Notes: generated by a model not told the origin, from the sequence alone. Numbered from the stretch's first letter, positions 27,370 through 36,861 are shown. The stretch: 64,000 nt of DNA from Acidimicrobiia bacterium (GCA_035620735.1 DASPGH010000031.1:1014-65013); one strand, 5' to 3'. Translations and numbers: made by a program.

Positions 27370-28791
27370 GTGATTCCGGAGCGTCTCCGATACCTGAAAG
27401 GACCCGATCTTCCTCCCGCCCAGCTCGCTGACGTCTTCTCGGAGGCCGGTGAGCAGATCTACCTCGTAGGCGGTTCGGTACGCGACTCCATCCTCGGTCG
27501 CGACCTGGAGAGTCTCGACTTCGACTTCGCCACCAGCGCACGTCCCGATCGGGTCAGGGAGCTGGTCGAGCCGTGGGCCGACGTCGTATACGATCTCGGC
27601 GCCCGGTTTGGCACCATCGCCGCCCGCCGCGATGGCCGAACCGTCGAGATCACGACGTTTCGCAGCGAGGTCTACCGCGACGACTCGCGGAAGCCGCACG
27701 TGACGTATTCCAACGACATCGAGACCGACCTCGGCCGACGTGATTTCACGATCAACGCCATCGCTCTCTCCCTGCCCGACCTGGAGGCGATCGACCCTCA
27801 CGATGGCCTGGGCGACATCGCACGCACATCCCTGCGCACGCCGCTCGACCCCGAGATCTCCTTCGGTGACGACCCGCTTCGCATGCTCCGCCTCTTCCGA
27901 TTCCAGGCAACGCTCGGGTTCAGCCCGGATGAGGCTGCGCTGGCCGCTGTCAGTGAGATGGCCTCCCGTATCGAGATCATCTCGTCGGAGCGAATTCGCG
28001 ACGAGTTGTCCAAATTGCTGACGGCTGCCACCCCCGGAGACGCCCTGCGTGGAATCGTCGAGTCCGGTCTCGCCGATCACTTCTTCCCCGAGCTGCCCCG
28101 TCTCGCCATGGAGCAGGACCCCGACCACCATCACAAGGATGTCCTGGCGCACACGTTCGCCGTGGTCGACAAGACGAGCCCGGACCTGGTCCTTCGTCTG
28201 GCGGCTCTCCTCCACGACGTAGGGAAGCCGGACACCCGCGAGTTCACTCCCGGTGGAGTCACCTTCCATCACCACGAGGTCGTGGGAGCTCGCATGGCCC
28301 GTCGTCGTTTGAAAGCCCTTCGGTACCCGAAGGAGATCGTCGACGACGTATCCCAGCTCGTCTACATGCATCTTCGCCCGCACACGCTGAAGTTGGGTTG
28401 GACCGATTCGGCGGTGCGTCGCTATGTACGTGACGCCGGCGACCTTCTCGATCGGCTCAACGAGCTCGTCCGCTGCGATGTCACCACCGCCAATCAGCGC
28501 AGAGAGCGGGTGATCCAGGCCCGGATCGACGAGCTCGAGGCCCGCATCGAGCGTCTCTCCGCACAGGAGGAGCTAGCCAGGTTCCGGGCCCCGATCGATG
28601 GGAACGAGGTCATGGACTATGTCGGCATGGAGCCGGGTCCGAAGGTGGGTGAGATCATGGGGATCCTCCTCGAGAAACGGATCGATGACGGTCCATACAC
28701 GCAGCGGGAGGCATACGAGGTGGTCAGGGCATGGGCGCTGGAGCAGGGATTCGCCGACCCTGGTGATCTCCCCGACACGGTTGAGGATTAG
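27370..28791 (+). CDS. cca: CCA-adding tRNA nucleotidyltransferase with HD domain
   Basis: YLVGGSVRDSILGR, DFDF, RDFTINA, HHKDVLAHT and LHDVGKP motifs. Confidence 0.9.
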   Translation: MIPERLRYLKGPDLPPAQLADVFSEAGEQIYLVGGSVRDSILGRDLESLDFDFATSARPDRVRELVEPWADVVYDLGARFGTIAARRDGRTVEITTFRSEVYRDDSRKPHVTYSNDIETDLGRRDFTINAIALSLPDLEAIDPHDGLGDIARTSLRTPLDPEISFGDDPLRMLRLFRFQATLGFSPDEAALAAVSEMASRIEIISSERIRDELSKLLTAATPGDALRGIVESGLADHFFPELPRLAMEQDPDHHHKDVLAHTFAVVDKTSPDLVLRLAALLHDVGKPDTREFTPGGVTFHHHEVVGARMARRRLKALRYPKEIVDDVSQLVYMHLRPHTLKLGWTDSAVRRYVRDAGDLLDRLNELVRCDVTTANQRRERVIQARIDELEARIERLSAQEELARFRAPIDGNEVMDYVGMEPGPKVGEIMGILLEKRIDDGPYTQREAYEVVRAWALEQGFADPGDLPDTVED

Positions 28792-28795
28792 GTGA

Positions 28796-29719
28796 ATGCC
28801 GAGGGCCCGAGCCCGTGGGCATAATCCGATGATGAGGCTGAGGAAGTTCGATCCTCGCAGGAAGAAGACAGCCAGAGTCCTGGGCTCAACCATGGCATAC
28901 GTCGAGTACGGCTCTGGTGATCCGATCGTGCTGCTCCATGGCAACCCGACTTCTTCATATCTGTGGCGCGACGTTGTCCCCGAGCTCGGTGGGTCGGGTA
29001 GGTGCATCGCCCCCGACCTCATCGGGATGGGTGACTCGGCCCGGGTTGCCCAGGGCCGGGACGCCTATCGGTTCTCGATGCACGCCGAGTACCTCGAAGC
29101 TTTGCTCGAAGTGCTCGGTGTCGGGGAGAACGTGATTCTCGTCGGTCACGACTGGGGTGGTGCTCTCCTGTTCGACTGGGGGAGGAAGAACCCGACCGCC
29201 GTGAAGGGTGTCGTCTTCATGGAGACGATCCTCACCCCCCTCACCTGGGACGACTGGCCCGAGTCCGCCCGCCGTGTCTTCCAGGGGATGAGGTCTGACG
29301 CCGGTGAGGAGATGGTCTTGGCCAAGAACGTGTTCGTGGAGAGAATCCTGCCTGGGTCCGTGCTGGACCCGATATCAGAGGACGACATGGCCGTCTATCG
29401 CTCTCCCTACCTGGAGCCGGGCGAGTCGCGTCGTCCCACCCTCACCTGGCCCCGTGAGATCCCAATCGAGGGTGAGCCCCAGTTCATGGTCGACGTCATC
29501 TCCGCCAACGAAACGTGGCTATCGGGCCCGGAGGTGGTCAAGCTGTTCATCAACGCCGATCCGGGCTCGATCGTGGGGGATCGGGTCCGCCAGCTGGTTA
29601 GATCCTGGCCCAACGTCAGCGAAGTCACGGTGCCCGGGCTCCACTTCATCCAGGAGGATTCCGGTCAGGAGATCGGCCGGCATATCTCGGAGTGGGTCGA
29701 CAGCATCGGACAGCGTTAG
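28796..29719 (+). CDS. Haloalkane dehalogenase-family alpha/beta hydrolase
   Basis: LLHGNPTSSYLWR and nucleophile elbow VGHDWGGAL. The start may be M12/M13 (28829/28832). Confidence 0.8.
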   Translation: MPRARARGHNPMMRLRKFDPRRKKTARVLGSTMAYVEYGSGDPIVLLHGNPTSSYLWRDVVPELGGSGRCIAPDLIGMGDSARVAQGRDAYRFSMHAEYLEALLEVLGVGENVILVGHDWGGALLFDWGRKNPTAVKGVVFMETILTPLTWDDWPESARRVFQGMRSDAGEEMVLAKNVFVERILPGSVLDPISEDDMAVYRSPYLEPGESRRPTLTWPREIPIEGEPQFMVDVISANETWLSGPEVVKLFINADPGSIVGDRVRQLVRSWPNVSEVTVPGLHFIQEDSGQEIGRHISEWVDSIGQR

Positions 29720-29746
29720 AGGCCGGGCCGGTTATAGCCTGATCTG

Positions 29747-30685
29747 GTGATCCTCGTTGCGATCCCGGCGGCCGCCCTGGCGGCGGTGACGCTGGCTGCG
29801 TTCTTTGGCAGATGGGTTTGGTGGCTCGACGTCCTGGCCAACTTTCGAGCCCAATACGTTGTGATCCTTGCCATTCTCGGGTTGGTCGTGGCCATGTCGA
29901 GGTGGCGGAAGACGGGCTATGCCATCCTCGGAGTGGCCCTCGTCAACCTCGTGGTCGTGATTCCCCTTTTCATTGGCTCGCCGGCCGACGCCCGGGTGGA
30001 TGCCGACACCATCAGAGTGATGTCGTTCAACCTGTTGTCGGACAACGAGCAGTACTCCGAGGTCATCGACTACATCAGGACCGTCGACCCCGACCTGGTG
30101 CTCCTTCATGAAGCGAGCCGGCCCTGGGAGGTGGCCATCGGCTCCGCCGAGCTCGAATACCAAGTGGTCAGGGCCCGCTCGGACGACCTCATATTCGGGA
30201 CACTGGTGCTGGTCAGAGGGGAGGGGATCACTGCGGTCTCCCACGGCTTCGCCTCCCGTGCCGCCCGTGCCGTCGCGCTCGACTACACGCCGCACGGATG
30301 GGACGTGCCCTTGGCCGTTCTCGGCACCCATCCTCTCGCTCCTACGGACCAAGAGCGCGCCGATCTACGGGACGCCCAACTCGACTTCGCGGGTGATTGG
30401 GCGAGTGAGCAGAGCGGGGCGTTCATCGTGGTGGGCGATTTCAACGCCACACCCTGGTCGTGGCCTTTCCGACGTCTGAAGAGCGCGGCGGAGCTGGAGA
30501 ACAGCCAGACTGGGTTTGGTCTGCAGCCCAGCTACGCAACCTCTTCGAATCTGCTGCTTCGTATCCCGATCGACCACCTGCTCCACTCTTCGGCTCTGGA
30601 GGTGACCGGCCGACAGCTCGGCCCGGCCCTTGGCTCGGACCATTTCCCACTGGTCGTCGACCTGCAAGTGAGCGCCGGCACTTAG
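29747..30685 (+). CDS. Membrane-anchored endonuclease/exonuclease/phosphatase (EEP) family protein
   Basis: Three N-terminal TM helices, then SFNLL, GDFNATPWS and SDHFPLVVDL EEP motifs. Confidence 0.8.
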   Translation: MILVAIPAAALAAVTLAAFFGRWVWWLDVLANFRAQYVVILAILGLVVAMSRWRKTGYAILGVALVNLVVVIPLFIGSPADARVDADTIRVMSFNLLSDNEQYSEVIDYIRTVDPDLVLLHEASRPWEVAIGSAELEYQVVRARSDDLIFGTLVLVRGEGITAVSHGFASRAARAVALDYTPHGWDVPLAVLGTHPLAPTDQERADLRDAQLDFAGDWASEQSGAFIVVGDFNATPWSWPFRRLKSAAELENSQTGFGLQPSYATSSNLLLRIPIDHLLHSSALEVTGRQLGPALGSDHFPLVVDLQVSAGT

Positions 30686-30766
30686 ACGGGACCCGCCTAC
30701 CCCCACCGACACGGTCTGATCGTTCGTCTCGATCGCAATGCGGGGTCGGGTCTATACGATCAGATC

Positions 30767-32218
30767 ATGTCCAATCGTTTTGTCGAGGCCAGACGTCGAC
30801 TCGCCGAGGTGGTGGGACCCGACGGTCTGGCCGTCATCCCCGCTGCGCACGAGGTCATCCGCAACTTCGACGTCCCGTTCTCCTTCCGCCAGGACACTTT
30901 CTTCTGGTATCTGACCGGGTTCCACGAGCCGGAAGCCGTTGCCGTGATCGCACCCGGCCATGACGACGGCGATTACACGCTCTTCGTCCGGCCCAAGGAC
31001 CCGACCCAGGAGATCTGGACGGGGATTCGAGCCGGAACCGAAGGCGCCGAGCTCGACTACGCCGCCGACAAGGCGTACGAAATATCCGAGCTCGACCAGG
31101 TGCTGGAACGCATGATGCATGGCCGCGAGGTGCTCTGGTACACCAGCGGGAACGAGCACTACGACGACCGCATCTCTTCGGTAATCGCCCGAGCGAGGGC
31201 GCATCGCGAGCGGCTCGGTGGGGTGGTCCCTTCCATGGTGCGCGACGTCTCGATCCCGCTCGGCGAGATGATGCTCTACAAGAGCCCGGACGAGGCGGCC
31301 AGTCTCCGTCAGGCTTGCGAGTTGACAGCCGAAGGCCACAAGGAGGCGATGCGGTTCGCCCGGCCCGGGATGTACGAATACCAGGTCCAGGCGGCGTTGG
31401 AGTACCTCTGGCGGTTGCGGGGCTCGCCCCGTAACGGATACGACTCGATCGTCGCTTCCGGGGCGAACGCCTGTGTCCTCCATTACATCGAGAACGACGA
31501 TGTCGTCGAGGACGGCGAGCTCATCCTTATCGACGCTGCAGCCGAGATCGACGGCTATTCCTCGGACATAACCCGCACATTCCCGGCCAACGGGAAGTTC
31601 TCGGGGCCGCAGAGGGCCATCTATGACGTCGTCCTCGCCGCGGAGAAGAAGGGCGTCGAGCTGGCGGCGCCGGGGTCGACACTGCGGACCATTCACGACG
31701 CCTCCACCTCCATCCTCACCGAGGGGATGATCGACCTCGGGCTTCTGCCCCGAGGGCTCGACGAGTCGCTGGCGATGCATCATTACACCGAGTTCTTCAT
31801 GCACGGGACCAGCCACTGGCTTGGTCTCGACGTGCACGACAGAGGCTCCTACCGCATCGACGGGAGCCCTCGCCCGTTGGAGCCGGGAATGTCATTCACG
31901 GTCGAGCCGGGGATCTATGTCGGGCCGGACAAGGGTCAGATCGAGCTCGCGCTCCTCGAGTACGACCTGGACGAGCGCAACGAGCGGCGCATTCGTCTCG
32001 GGTCGAAGGCCGCGGCCGCACTCGAAGCGGAAGAGAGAGAGAACGCGGAGAAGGTCACCCACGAGATCCCCGACGAGCTCATCGGGATCGGGGTGAGGAT
32101 CGAAGACGACATTCTCGTCACACAGGACGGGCACGAGAACATGACGACTGGCGTCCCCAAGGAGATCGACGAGATCGAGGCGATGTGCGCCGAGAGCTCG
32201 GTGCTCCCCACCTCCTGA
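30767..32218 (+). CDS. pepP: Xaa-Pro aminopeptidase (M24B)
   Basis: AMP_N-like N-terminus, DAAAEIDGYSSDITRTF, HGTSHWLGLDVHD, VEPGIY, RIEDDILV. Apparent ~45-aa insertion before the last metal-ligand motif. Confidence 0.85.
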   Translation: MSNRFVEARRRLAEVVGPDGLAVIPAAHEVIRNFDVPFSFRQDTFFWYLTGFHEPEAVAVIAPGHDDGDYTLFVRPKDPTQEIWTGIRAGTEGAELDYAADKAYEISELDQVLERMMHGREVLWYTSGNEHYDDRISSVIARARAHRERLGGVVPSMVRDVSIPLGEMMLYKSPDEAASLRQACELTAEGHKEAMRFARPGMYEYQVQAALEYLWRLRGSPRNGYDSIVASGANACVLHYIENDDVVEDGELILIDAAAEIDGYSSDITRTFPANGKFSGPQRAIYDVVLAAEKKGVELAAPGSTLRTIHDASTSILTEGMIDLGLLPRGLDESLAMHHYTEFFMHGTSHWLGLDVHDRGSYRIDGSPRPLEPGMSFTVEPGIYVGPDKGQIELALLEYDLDERNERRIRLGSKAAAALEAEERENAEKVTHEIPDELIGIGVRIEDDILVTQDGHENMTTGVPKEIDEIEAMCAESSVLPTS

Positions 32219-32263
32219 GCCCGGAAACCACAAACCGCGGTTGTGGACGAGTACACCCTGTCT

Positions 32264-32277
32264 GACCCCGGGTTCGT
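32264..32277 (-). repeat. Solo 5' module of the interspersed repeat
   Basis: The minus strand reads TAG ACACGAACCCGGGGTCAG directly after the hlyIII stop. CGAACCCGGGGT is shared with copies A and B. Confidence 0.45.
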
Positions 32278-32279
32278 GT

Positions 32280-32948
32280 CTACAGGGCTGTGGCGGCCGG
32301 TACGGCGTATACCGCCACGGCCAGGAAGTGAAAGACACTGGCCAGCACCACGAAAACGTGGAACAGCTCGTGATAGGAGAAACTGCGGGGAAACAGAAGG
32401 GGCCGCTTGGTCATGAAGATCACGGTGCCCGCGGTGTAGAAGAGACCCCCGACGGCGATGAACACGATGGCGCCCGTGCCCAGAGAGCTCCAGATCTGGG
32501 GCAACCACAAAATCACGGTCCAGCCCATGACGAGTTGGAGGGTCACCGAGAGCCCGGTCGAGACGTTTGCCAGGACGAACTTGAGCGAGATACCGACGAG
32601 GGCGATGGCCCAGACCAGACCGAGGCACCACCACACCGCGGCTCCTTCCAGACCCCCGATGGCGATCGGTGTGAAGGTCCCGGCCACCACCAGATAGATC
32701 ATCGAGTGGTCGACCCGCTGCAGCCTTGTCTTCCATCGCTCGCCCCACGGCACAGAGTGGTAGAGCGACGACACGGTGAACATCACGAGAAGGGCGATCC
32801 CAAAGACGAGAGACCCGACGAGGGCCACTGTGTTTCCCCATGTCCTGGCGACCAGGTAGATCGTGCCTCCCAATGCGGCCAGCGCCGCAGAGCCGTGAAG
32901 GAAGCCACGGATCGGGTTTTGCATGCGACCAAGGGTGATGCGGTCCAT
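32280..32948 (-). CDS. Hemolysin III / PAQR family membrane protein
   Basis: Seven TM helices. Family-typical SSLYH and C-terminal HELFHVFVVLASVFHF. Confidence 0.85.
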   Translation of the reverse strand: MDRITLGRMQNPIRGFLHGSAALAALGGTIYLVARTWGNTVALVGSLVFGIALLVMFTVSSLYHSVPWGERWKTRLQRVDHSMIYLVVAGTFTPIAIGGLEGAAVWWCLGLVWAIALVGISLKFVLANVSTGLSVTLQLVMGWTVILWLPQIWSSLGTGAIVFIAVGGLFYTAGTVIFMTKRPLLFPRSFSYHELFHVFVVLASVFHFLAVAVYAVPAATAL

Positions 32949-33055
32949 CGGCCGACAGACTAAGCCCGGTCCGGGACAAATCCATCGGGTCGGATGATCT
33001 GGGCCGTTGGGCTCTTACGGAAGCGTCGGGCCCACCGGTACCATGATTCTCAGGT

Positions 33056-33823
33056 ATGGCCCTGGGTCTTCTCTACAGAATCTATGAGCGGAACCTCCTC
33101 GCCGGCCTCGACTCCGATCGTCTCCCCAACCACATCGGTGTCGTGCTCGACGGGCACCGCAGACACGCCCGCGCCGAGGGTCTGCCCAGCTATACGGACT
33201 CCTACCGGGTCGGGATGTCCCGGTTCGAAGACTTTCTGGGATGGGCAAACGAGCTGAAGATCCCCGCCGTCACCGCCTGGGTCCTCTCTCTGGAGAATCT
33301 CTCCAGGCCCACCGAGGAGCTCGACCCCTACTTCGAGGTGCTGATCGACCTCTTCGAGAGGCTGCCTGAGAAGTGCGCCGAGTACGACATGACTCTGAGG
33401 TTCATCGGCAGTCTCGACCAGCTCCCGCTGGGTCTCGTCGAGGCTGCCAAGAAGGCGGAGGCCCGGAATCAGGGTGGCAGTCGGCGGCTCAACGTGGCCA
33501 TGGGATATGGCGGCCGGCAGGAGATCGTCGACGCCACCAAGGATCTGGTGTCGAGGCTGGCCGCTGAAGGTGTCCCCGCCGAGGAGATCGTCGATCGCAT
33601 CGATGCCGACGGTCTCGCTCGACACATGTACTCCGCCGACCTACCCGACGTCGACTTGATCATCCGCACGTCGGGGGAGTCACGGCTCTCCGGTTTTCTC
33701 CTCTGGCAGTCGGCTTACTCGGAGTTCGTCTTCGTCGACGTCAACTGGCCCGCCTTCCGCCGGGTCGACTTCCTCCGCGCCCTACGTGATTATTCCGGTC
33801 GCACCCGCCGCTTCGGCCAGTGA
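33056..33823 (+). CDS. uppS: cis-Prenyltransferase (isoprenyl transferase), Rv1086/Z-farnesyl-diphosphate-synthase-like
   Basis: LYRIYERNLLAGL, LPNHIGVVLDGHRRHA, IRTSGESRLSGFLLWQSAYSE, DFLRALRDYSGRTRRFG. The usual DGNRRWA box reads DGHRRHA. Confidence 0.85.
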   Translation: MALGLLYRIYERNLLAGLDSDRLPNHIGVVLDGHRRHARAEGLPSYTDSYRVGMSRFEDFLGWANELKIPAVTAWVLSLENLSRPTEELDPYFEVLIDLFERLPEKCAEYDMTLRFIGSLDQLPLGLVEAAKKAEARNQGGSRRLNVAMGYGGRQEIVDATKDLVSRLAAEGVPAEEIVDRIDADGLARHMYSADLPDVDLIIRTSGESRLSGFLLWQSAYSEFVFVDVNWPAFRRVDFLRALRDYSGRTRRFGQ

Positions 33824-33905
33824 TCAGGGGGACGACCCCCCAGATTCCGTGAACCCGGGGTTCCTGGGGCCGTATATGACGCGAATCCGCTCATCTACGA
33901 GATGA
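33821..33905 (+). repeat. Interspersed repeat, copy B
   Basis: TGATCAGGGGGACGACCCCCCAGATTCCGTGAACCCGGGGTTCCTGGGGCCGTATATGACGCGAATCCGCTCATCTACGAGATGA, starting at the uppS stop codon. Confidence 0.8.
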
Positions 33906-33910
33906 AAGGT

Positions 33911-34600
33911 TCAGGCCGTGACCATCCCGGGGTGCAGGTGATTGACGTCCCCGAGCTGACGTAACGAGAACGCCCAACCCGTGCTCACCTGGAAGGTGGT
34001 CAGCCGGGACACCCCGGTGTGGGGTTGGCGGAAGCGGTCCCACTCCCAGGGGACCGGGTCGAGCCCGAGCAGGTGCCCTAGGATCACGGCATTGGTACCG
34101 GCATGGGCCACTATCACCACCCGCTTGTCGGGGTCATCGACGTTCCAGAGATGTCGCGAGTCTGGCGCCATGGGGTGGACCCCGTGGGAGTCCATGGTCT
34201 CGACGAGACCGTTCACCACTCGCTCGTGGAAATCGCGAAACGACTCTCCACCCGGCAGACCGTCCCACATTTCGTCCATCTCACGGAAGTTGGCTTGCTC
34301 GAACCCACGCTCGATCACCTCGACCGGTGATCCCTCCCACTCCGGCGGGTTCTGGATCTCCTTGAGCCACTCGTAGACCTCGCGTTCCTGGCCAAGCGCC
34401 GCCTCCACCGGCCCGGTGGTCTCCATGGAGCGGTTCATCGGCGATGACCACAGCTCGTCCACGCCATTGAGCGCCGAGAAGCGGTGACCCACCCGCTCCG
34501 CCTGCTCCCGCCCGAGGTCGGTGAGGCCAGGGTCGTTGCGGGCTATCTGGTCGGGAGCCCAGTCGGGTTGCCCGTGTCTGATGAGAAACAGATCCATCAT
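33911..34600 (-). CDS. Histidine phosphatase (phosphoglycerate mutase) family protein
   Basis: LIRHGQ catalytic RHG motif at the N-terminus and a later HAG motif. Confidence 0.8.
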   Translation of the reverse strand: MMDLFLIRHGQPDWAPDQIARNDPGLTDLGREQAERVGHRFSALNGVDELWSSPMNRSMETTGPVEAALGQEREVYEWLKEIQNPPEWEGSPVEVIERGFEQANFREMDEMWDGLPGGESFRDFHERVVNGLVETMDSHGVHPMAPDSRHLWNVDDPDKRVVIVAHAGTNAVILGHLLGLDPVPWEWDRFRQPHTGVSRLTTFQVSTGWAFSLRQLGDVNHLHPGMVTA

Positions 34601-34652
34601 TCGTCAACCTATACGTTCCAGTTTCGTCGCCGTTCCCCAATACGATGGAGAC

Positions 34653-35201
34653 GTGGCTGGAAACGCCCTCGTCGATCATCTCGTGAAGCACGCCCTGCGA
34701 ACCGATGGCCCTTTCACGCTGCGCAGCGGAGCGACCTCCGACTGGTACATCGACGCGCGTCAGACCACTTTTGACGGGGTGGGGGCCAGTGTCGTCGGTG
34801 AAGCGGTCCTAGCCGTTCTCGACGAGAGGGTCGCCGCGGTGGGCGGTATGACGATGGGTGCAGATCCGATCGCCATTGCCACGGCCATGACCGCGGCAGC
34901 GGTCGGTCGTGATCTCAAGTCGTTCTCCATTCGCAAGGAGCCGAAGGACCATGGCACCGGTGGTCGTCTCGTCGGCCCGGTCGACCCCTCAATGCCCATT
35001 GCCGTCCTCGAAGACACGACGACCACCGGCGGGGCCGCCGTCGAAGCCGCCCGCTATCTGCTGGATGAGGGGTTTGAGATCGTGCAGGCCATCGCCTTGG
35101 TCGACCGATCAAATGGGAAGGCGCGTGACAACTTCGCCGAACTGGGGATCAGCCACGTCGCGCTGGTCGTTCCCTCCGACCTCGGGGTGGTTCAGTCATG
35201 A
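34653..35201 (+). CDS. pyrE: Orotate phosphoribosyltransferase
   Basis: FTLRSGATSDWYIDAR and PRPP loop VLEDTTTTGGA. In-frame GTG 34653 chosen as start. Confidence 0.88.
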   Translation: MAGNALVDHLVKHALRTDGPFTLRSGATSDWYIDARQTTFDGVGASVVGEAVLAVLDERVAAVGGMTMGADPIAIATAMTAAAVGRDLKSFSIRKEPKDHGTGGRLVGPVDPSMPIAVLEDTTTTGGAAVEAARYLLDEGFEIVQAIALVDRSNGKARDNFAELGISHVALVVPSDLGVVQS

Positions 35202-35785
35202 CCGTCGTTGTGCGCAGGTCGGCCCTGAAGATGTGGCTGCTGGCGATGGCCGGGATCCCACTGCTCATCATCTCTCTCGACGTCCTCACCGCACGACGCA
35301 TCACCAGATGGCTCACAGACTTGATATTTCTGCCCGAGGACGTGCAGATCTACGAGCCCCGTGATGTCATCTTCGCCTGGGTCATGTTCCTCTTCGCTGC
35401 TTTCCTGGTCCTATGGGGTCTGCGTGAGCTCTTCGTCCCGGCCAAGGTCGTGGAGTGTCGTGACGACGGTCTTGCCCTGCGCATCAATGGACCGTTTCGT
35501 CCACCGAGCATCATCCCTTGGGACAACATCAGGGACGTCGGAGGTGCCGACATGGAAGACGAGGGAGACGAGATCGCCCTTTTCGTGGTGGCCGTGTTCT
35601 CCAGAGAAGACCTCCCCGAGAACCCCTGGGGCGCCAGGTGGGTCACCGAGAGCGAGTTGGGCGTCCTCGCTGAGGATTGGAGTGACGACCCGCAGACGGT
35701 CGCCGAGAAGGTTGCCGACTACGCAGTCGAGGCCGTGAAGAAGAGGCGGACCGAGGCGTCGTCGAAGATCTGGCAGGAGACATGA
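35198..35785 (+). CDS. Hypothetical two-TM membrane protein
   Basis: ORF with two hydrophobic helices and an acidic C-terminal domain. ATGA-type overlaps with both neighbours. Confidence 0.5.
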   Translation: MTVVVRRSALKMWLLAMAGIPLLIISLDVLTARRITRWLTDLIFLPEDVQIYEPRDVIFAWVMFLFAAFLVLWGLRELFVPAKVVECRDDGLALRINGPFRPPSIIPWDNIRDVGGADMEDEGDEIALFVVAVFSREDLPENPWGARWVTESELGVLAEDWSDDPQTVAEKVADYAVEAVKKRRTEASSKIWQET

Positions 35786-36543
35786 TGCAGGTCGGTGCGC
35801 ACACACCCTCCGAGCACCCCCTGGAAGAGGCTGCGGCTCGCAACGCCGACCTGGTCCAGATCTTCCTCTCCAACCCACAGGGCTGGAAGAAGCCAAGGCC
35901 GAGACCCGACGTCGACGAACTGAGGAGCTCACCGACACCGATCGTGGTTCACGCTCCCTACCTGATCAACGTCTGCGCCGACAACAACCGGGTTCGGATC
36001 CCGAGCAGGAAGATCCTCCAGGAGACCTGTGACGCCGCCGCCGAGATCGATGCCGAAGCCGTAGTCGTCCACGGGGGGCACGTCACCGGAGACGGGCCGG
36101 AGGAAGAGGGGATCGTCCGTTGGAGGAAGGCGCTCGATTCTGTCGACACCGACAGGTTGATCCTCATCGAGAACACCGCCGGTGGAGACAAGGCGTTGGC
36201 CCGGCGTGTCGAGTGGATCGAGAGGCTCTGGGAGGAGATCGGGTCATACGGGGTCGGGTTCGTACTCGACACCTGTCACTTCTGGGCGGGCGGGGAGCCG
36301 TTCGACGAACTCGTCGAGCGGGTCCTCGATGCCACCGGGCGCATCGATCTGGTCCACGCCAACGACTCCAAGGATCCTTTCGACTCGAGGCGCGATCGTC
36401 ACCAGAACCTGGGGGCAGGTGAGATTCCGAAAGAAGATCTCGCAGCCGTGATCCTCGCCGCGGGGGCTCCGGTGGTGGTGGAAACCCCAGGGGGTGCCGC
36501 AGAGCAGGGGGCCGACATCGAATGGGTGCGGAGTCTGGAGTAG
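35782..36543 (+). CDS. nfo: Deoxyribonuclease IV (endonuclease IV) family AP endonuclease
   Basis: TIM-barrel motifs VVHAPYLINV, VVVHGGH, LIENTAG, LDTCHFWA, VHANDSK. Confidence 0.85.
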   Translation: MMQVGAHTPSEHPLEEAAARNADLVQIFLSNPQGWKKPRPRPDVDELRSSPTPIVVHAPYLINVCADNNRVRIPSRKILQETCDAAAEIDAEAVVVHGGHVTGDGPEEEGIVRWRKALDSVDTDRLILIENTAGGDKALARRVEWIERLWEEIGSYGVGFVLDTCHFWAGGEPFDELVERVLDATGRIDLVHANDSKDPFDSRRDRHQNLGAGEIPKEDLAAVILAAGAPVVVETPGGAAEQGADIEWVRSLE

Positions 36544-36567
36544 GTCGATGCCCGAGTTTGATCCTCG

Positions 36568-36861
36568 ATGCCGATAGGGAGGGCCCAGCGACGGGGCGAG
36601 CGTAGGACCAAGGTCGCAGTCCTTTTCGCCGATCGGACCGACCGTGCCCTCGACCTGCTCGAGTTGGTCGAAATGGCCTGGCACGATGCCTACGGCGAGG
36701 TGACGCCTACCGAGGACGTCATCAACGACATCCTCATCCTGAGTGAGGGCAATCTCCGCCTACTCATCCGATGGGCTCGCCTCGCTGTCGAGGACTGGCG
36801 CGATGTCAGAGTCGAGGCAGACAGGCTGAGGGCCAGCCGGGCGGCCGCCGACGAGAGTTAG
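36568..36861 (+). CDS. Hypothetical protein
   Basis: ORF with G/C-rich third codon positions. No family recognised. Start uncertain. Confidence 0.35.
   Translation: MPIGRAQRRGERRTKVAVLFADRTDRALDLLELVEMAWHDAYGEVTPTEDVINDILILSEGNLRLLIRWARLAVEDWRDVRVEADRLRASRAAADES

Noticed and set aside
26386-28383. 665-aa minus-strand ORF
   Set aside because: It is antisense to the PilT-like and CCA-adding enzyme genes. It has no recognisable motifs and is a high-GC shadow ORF.
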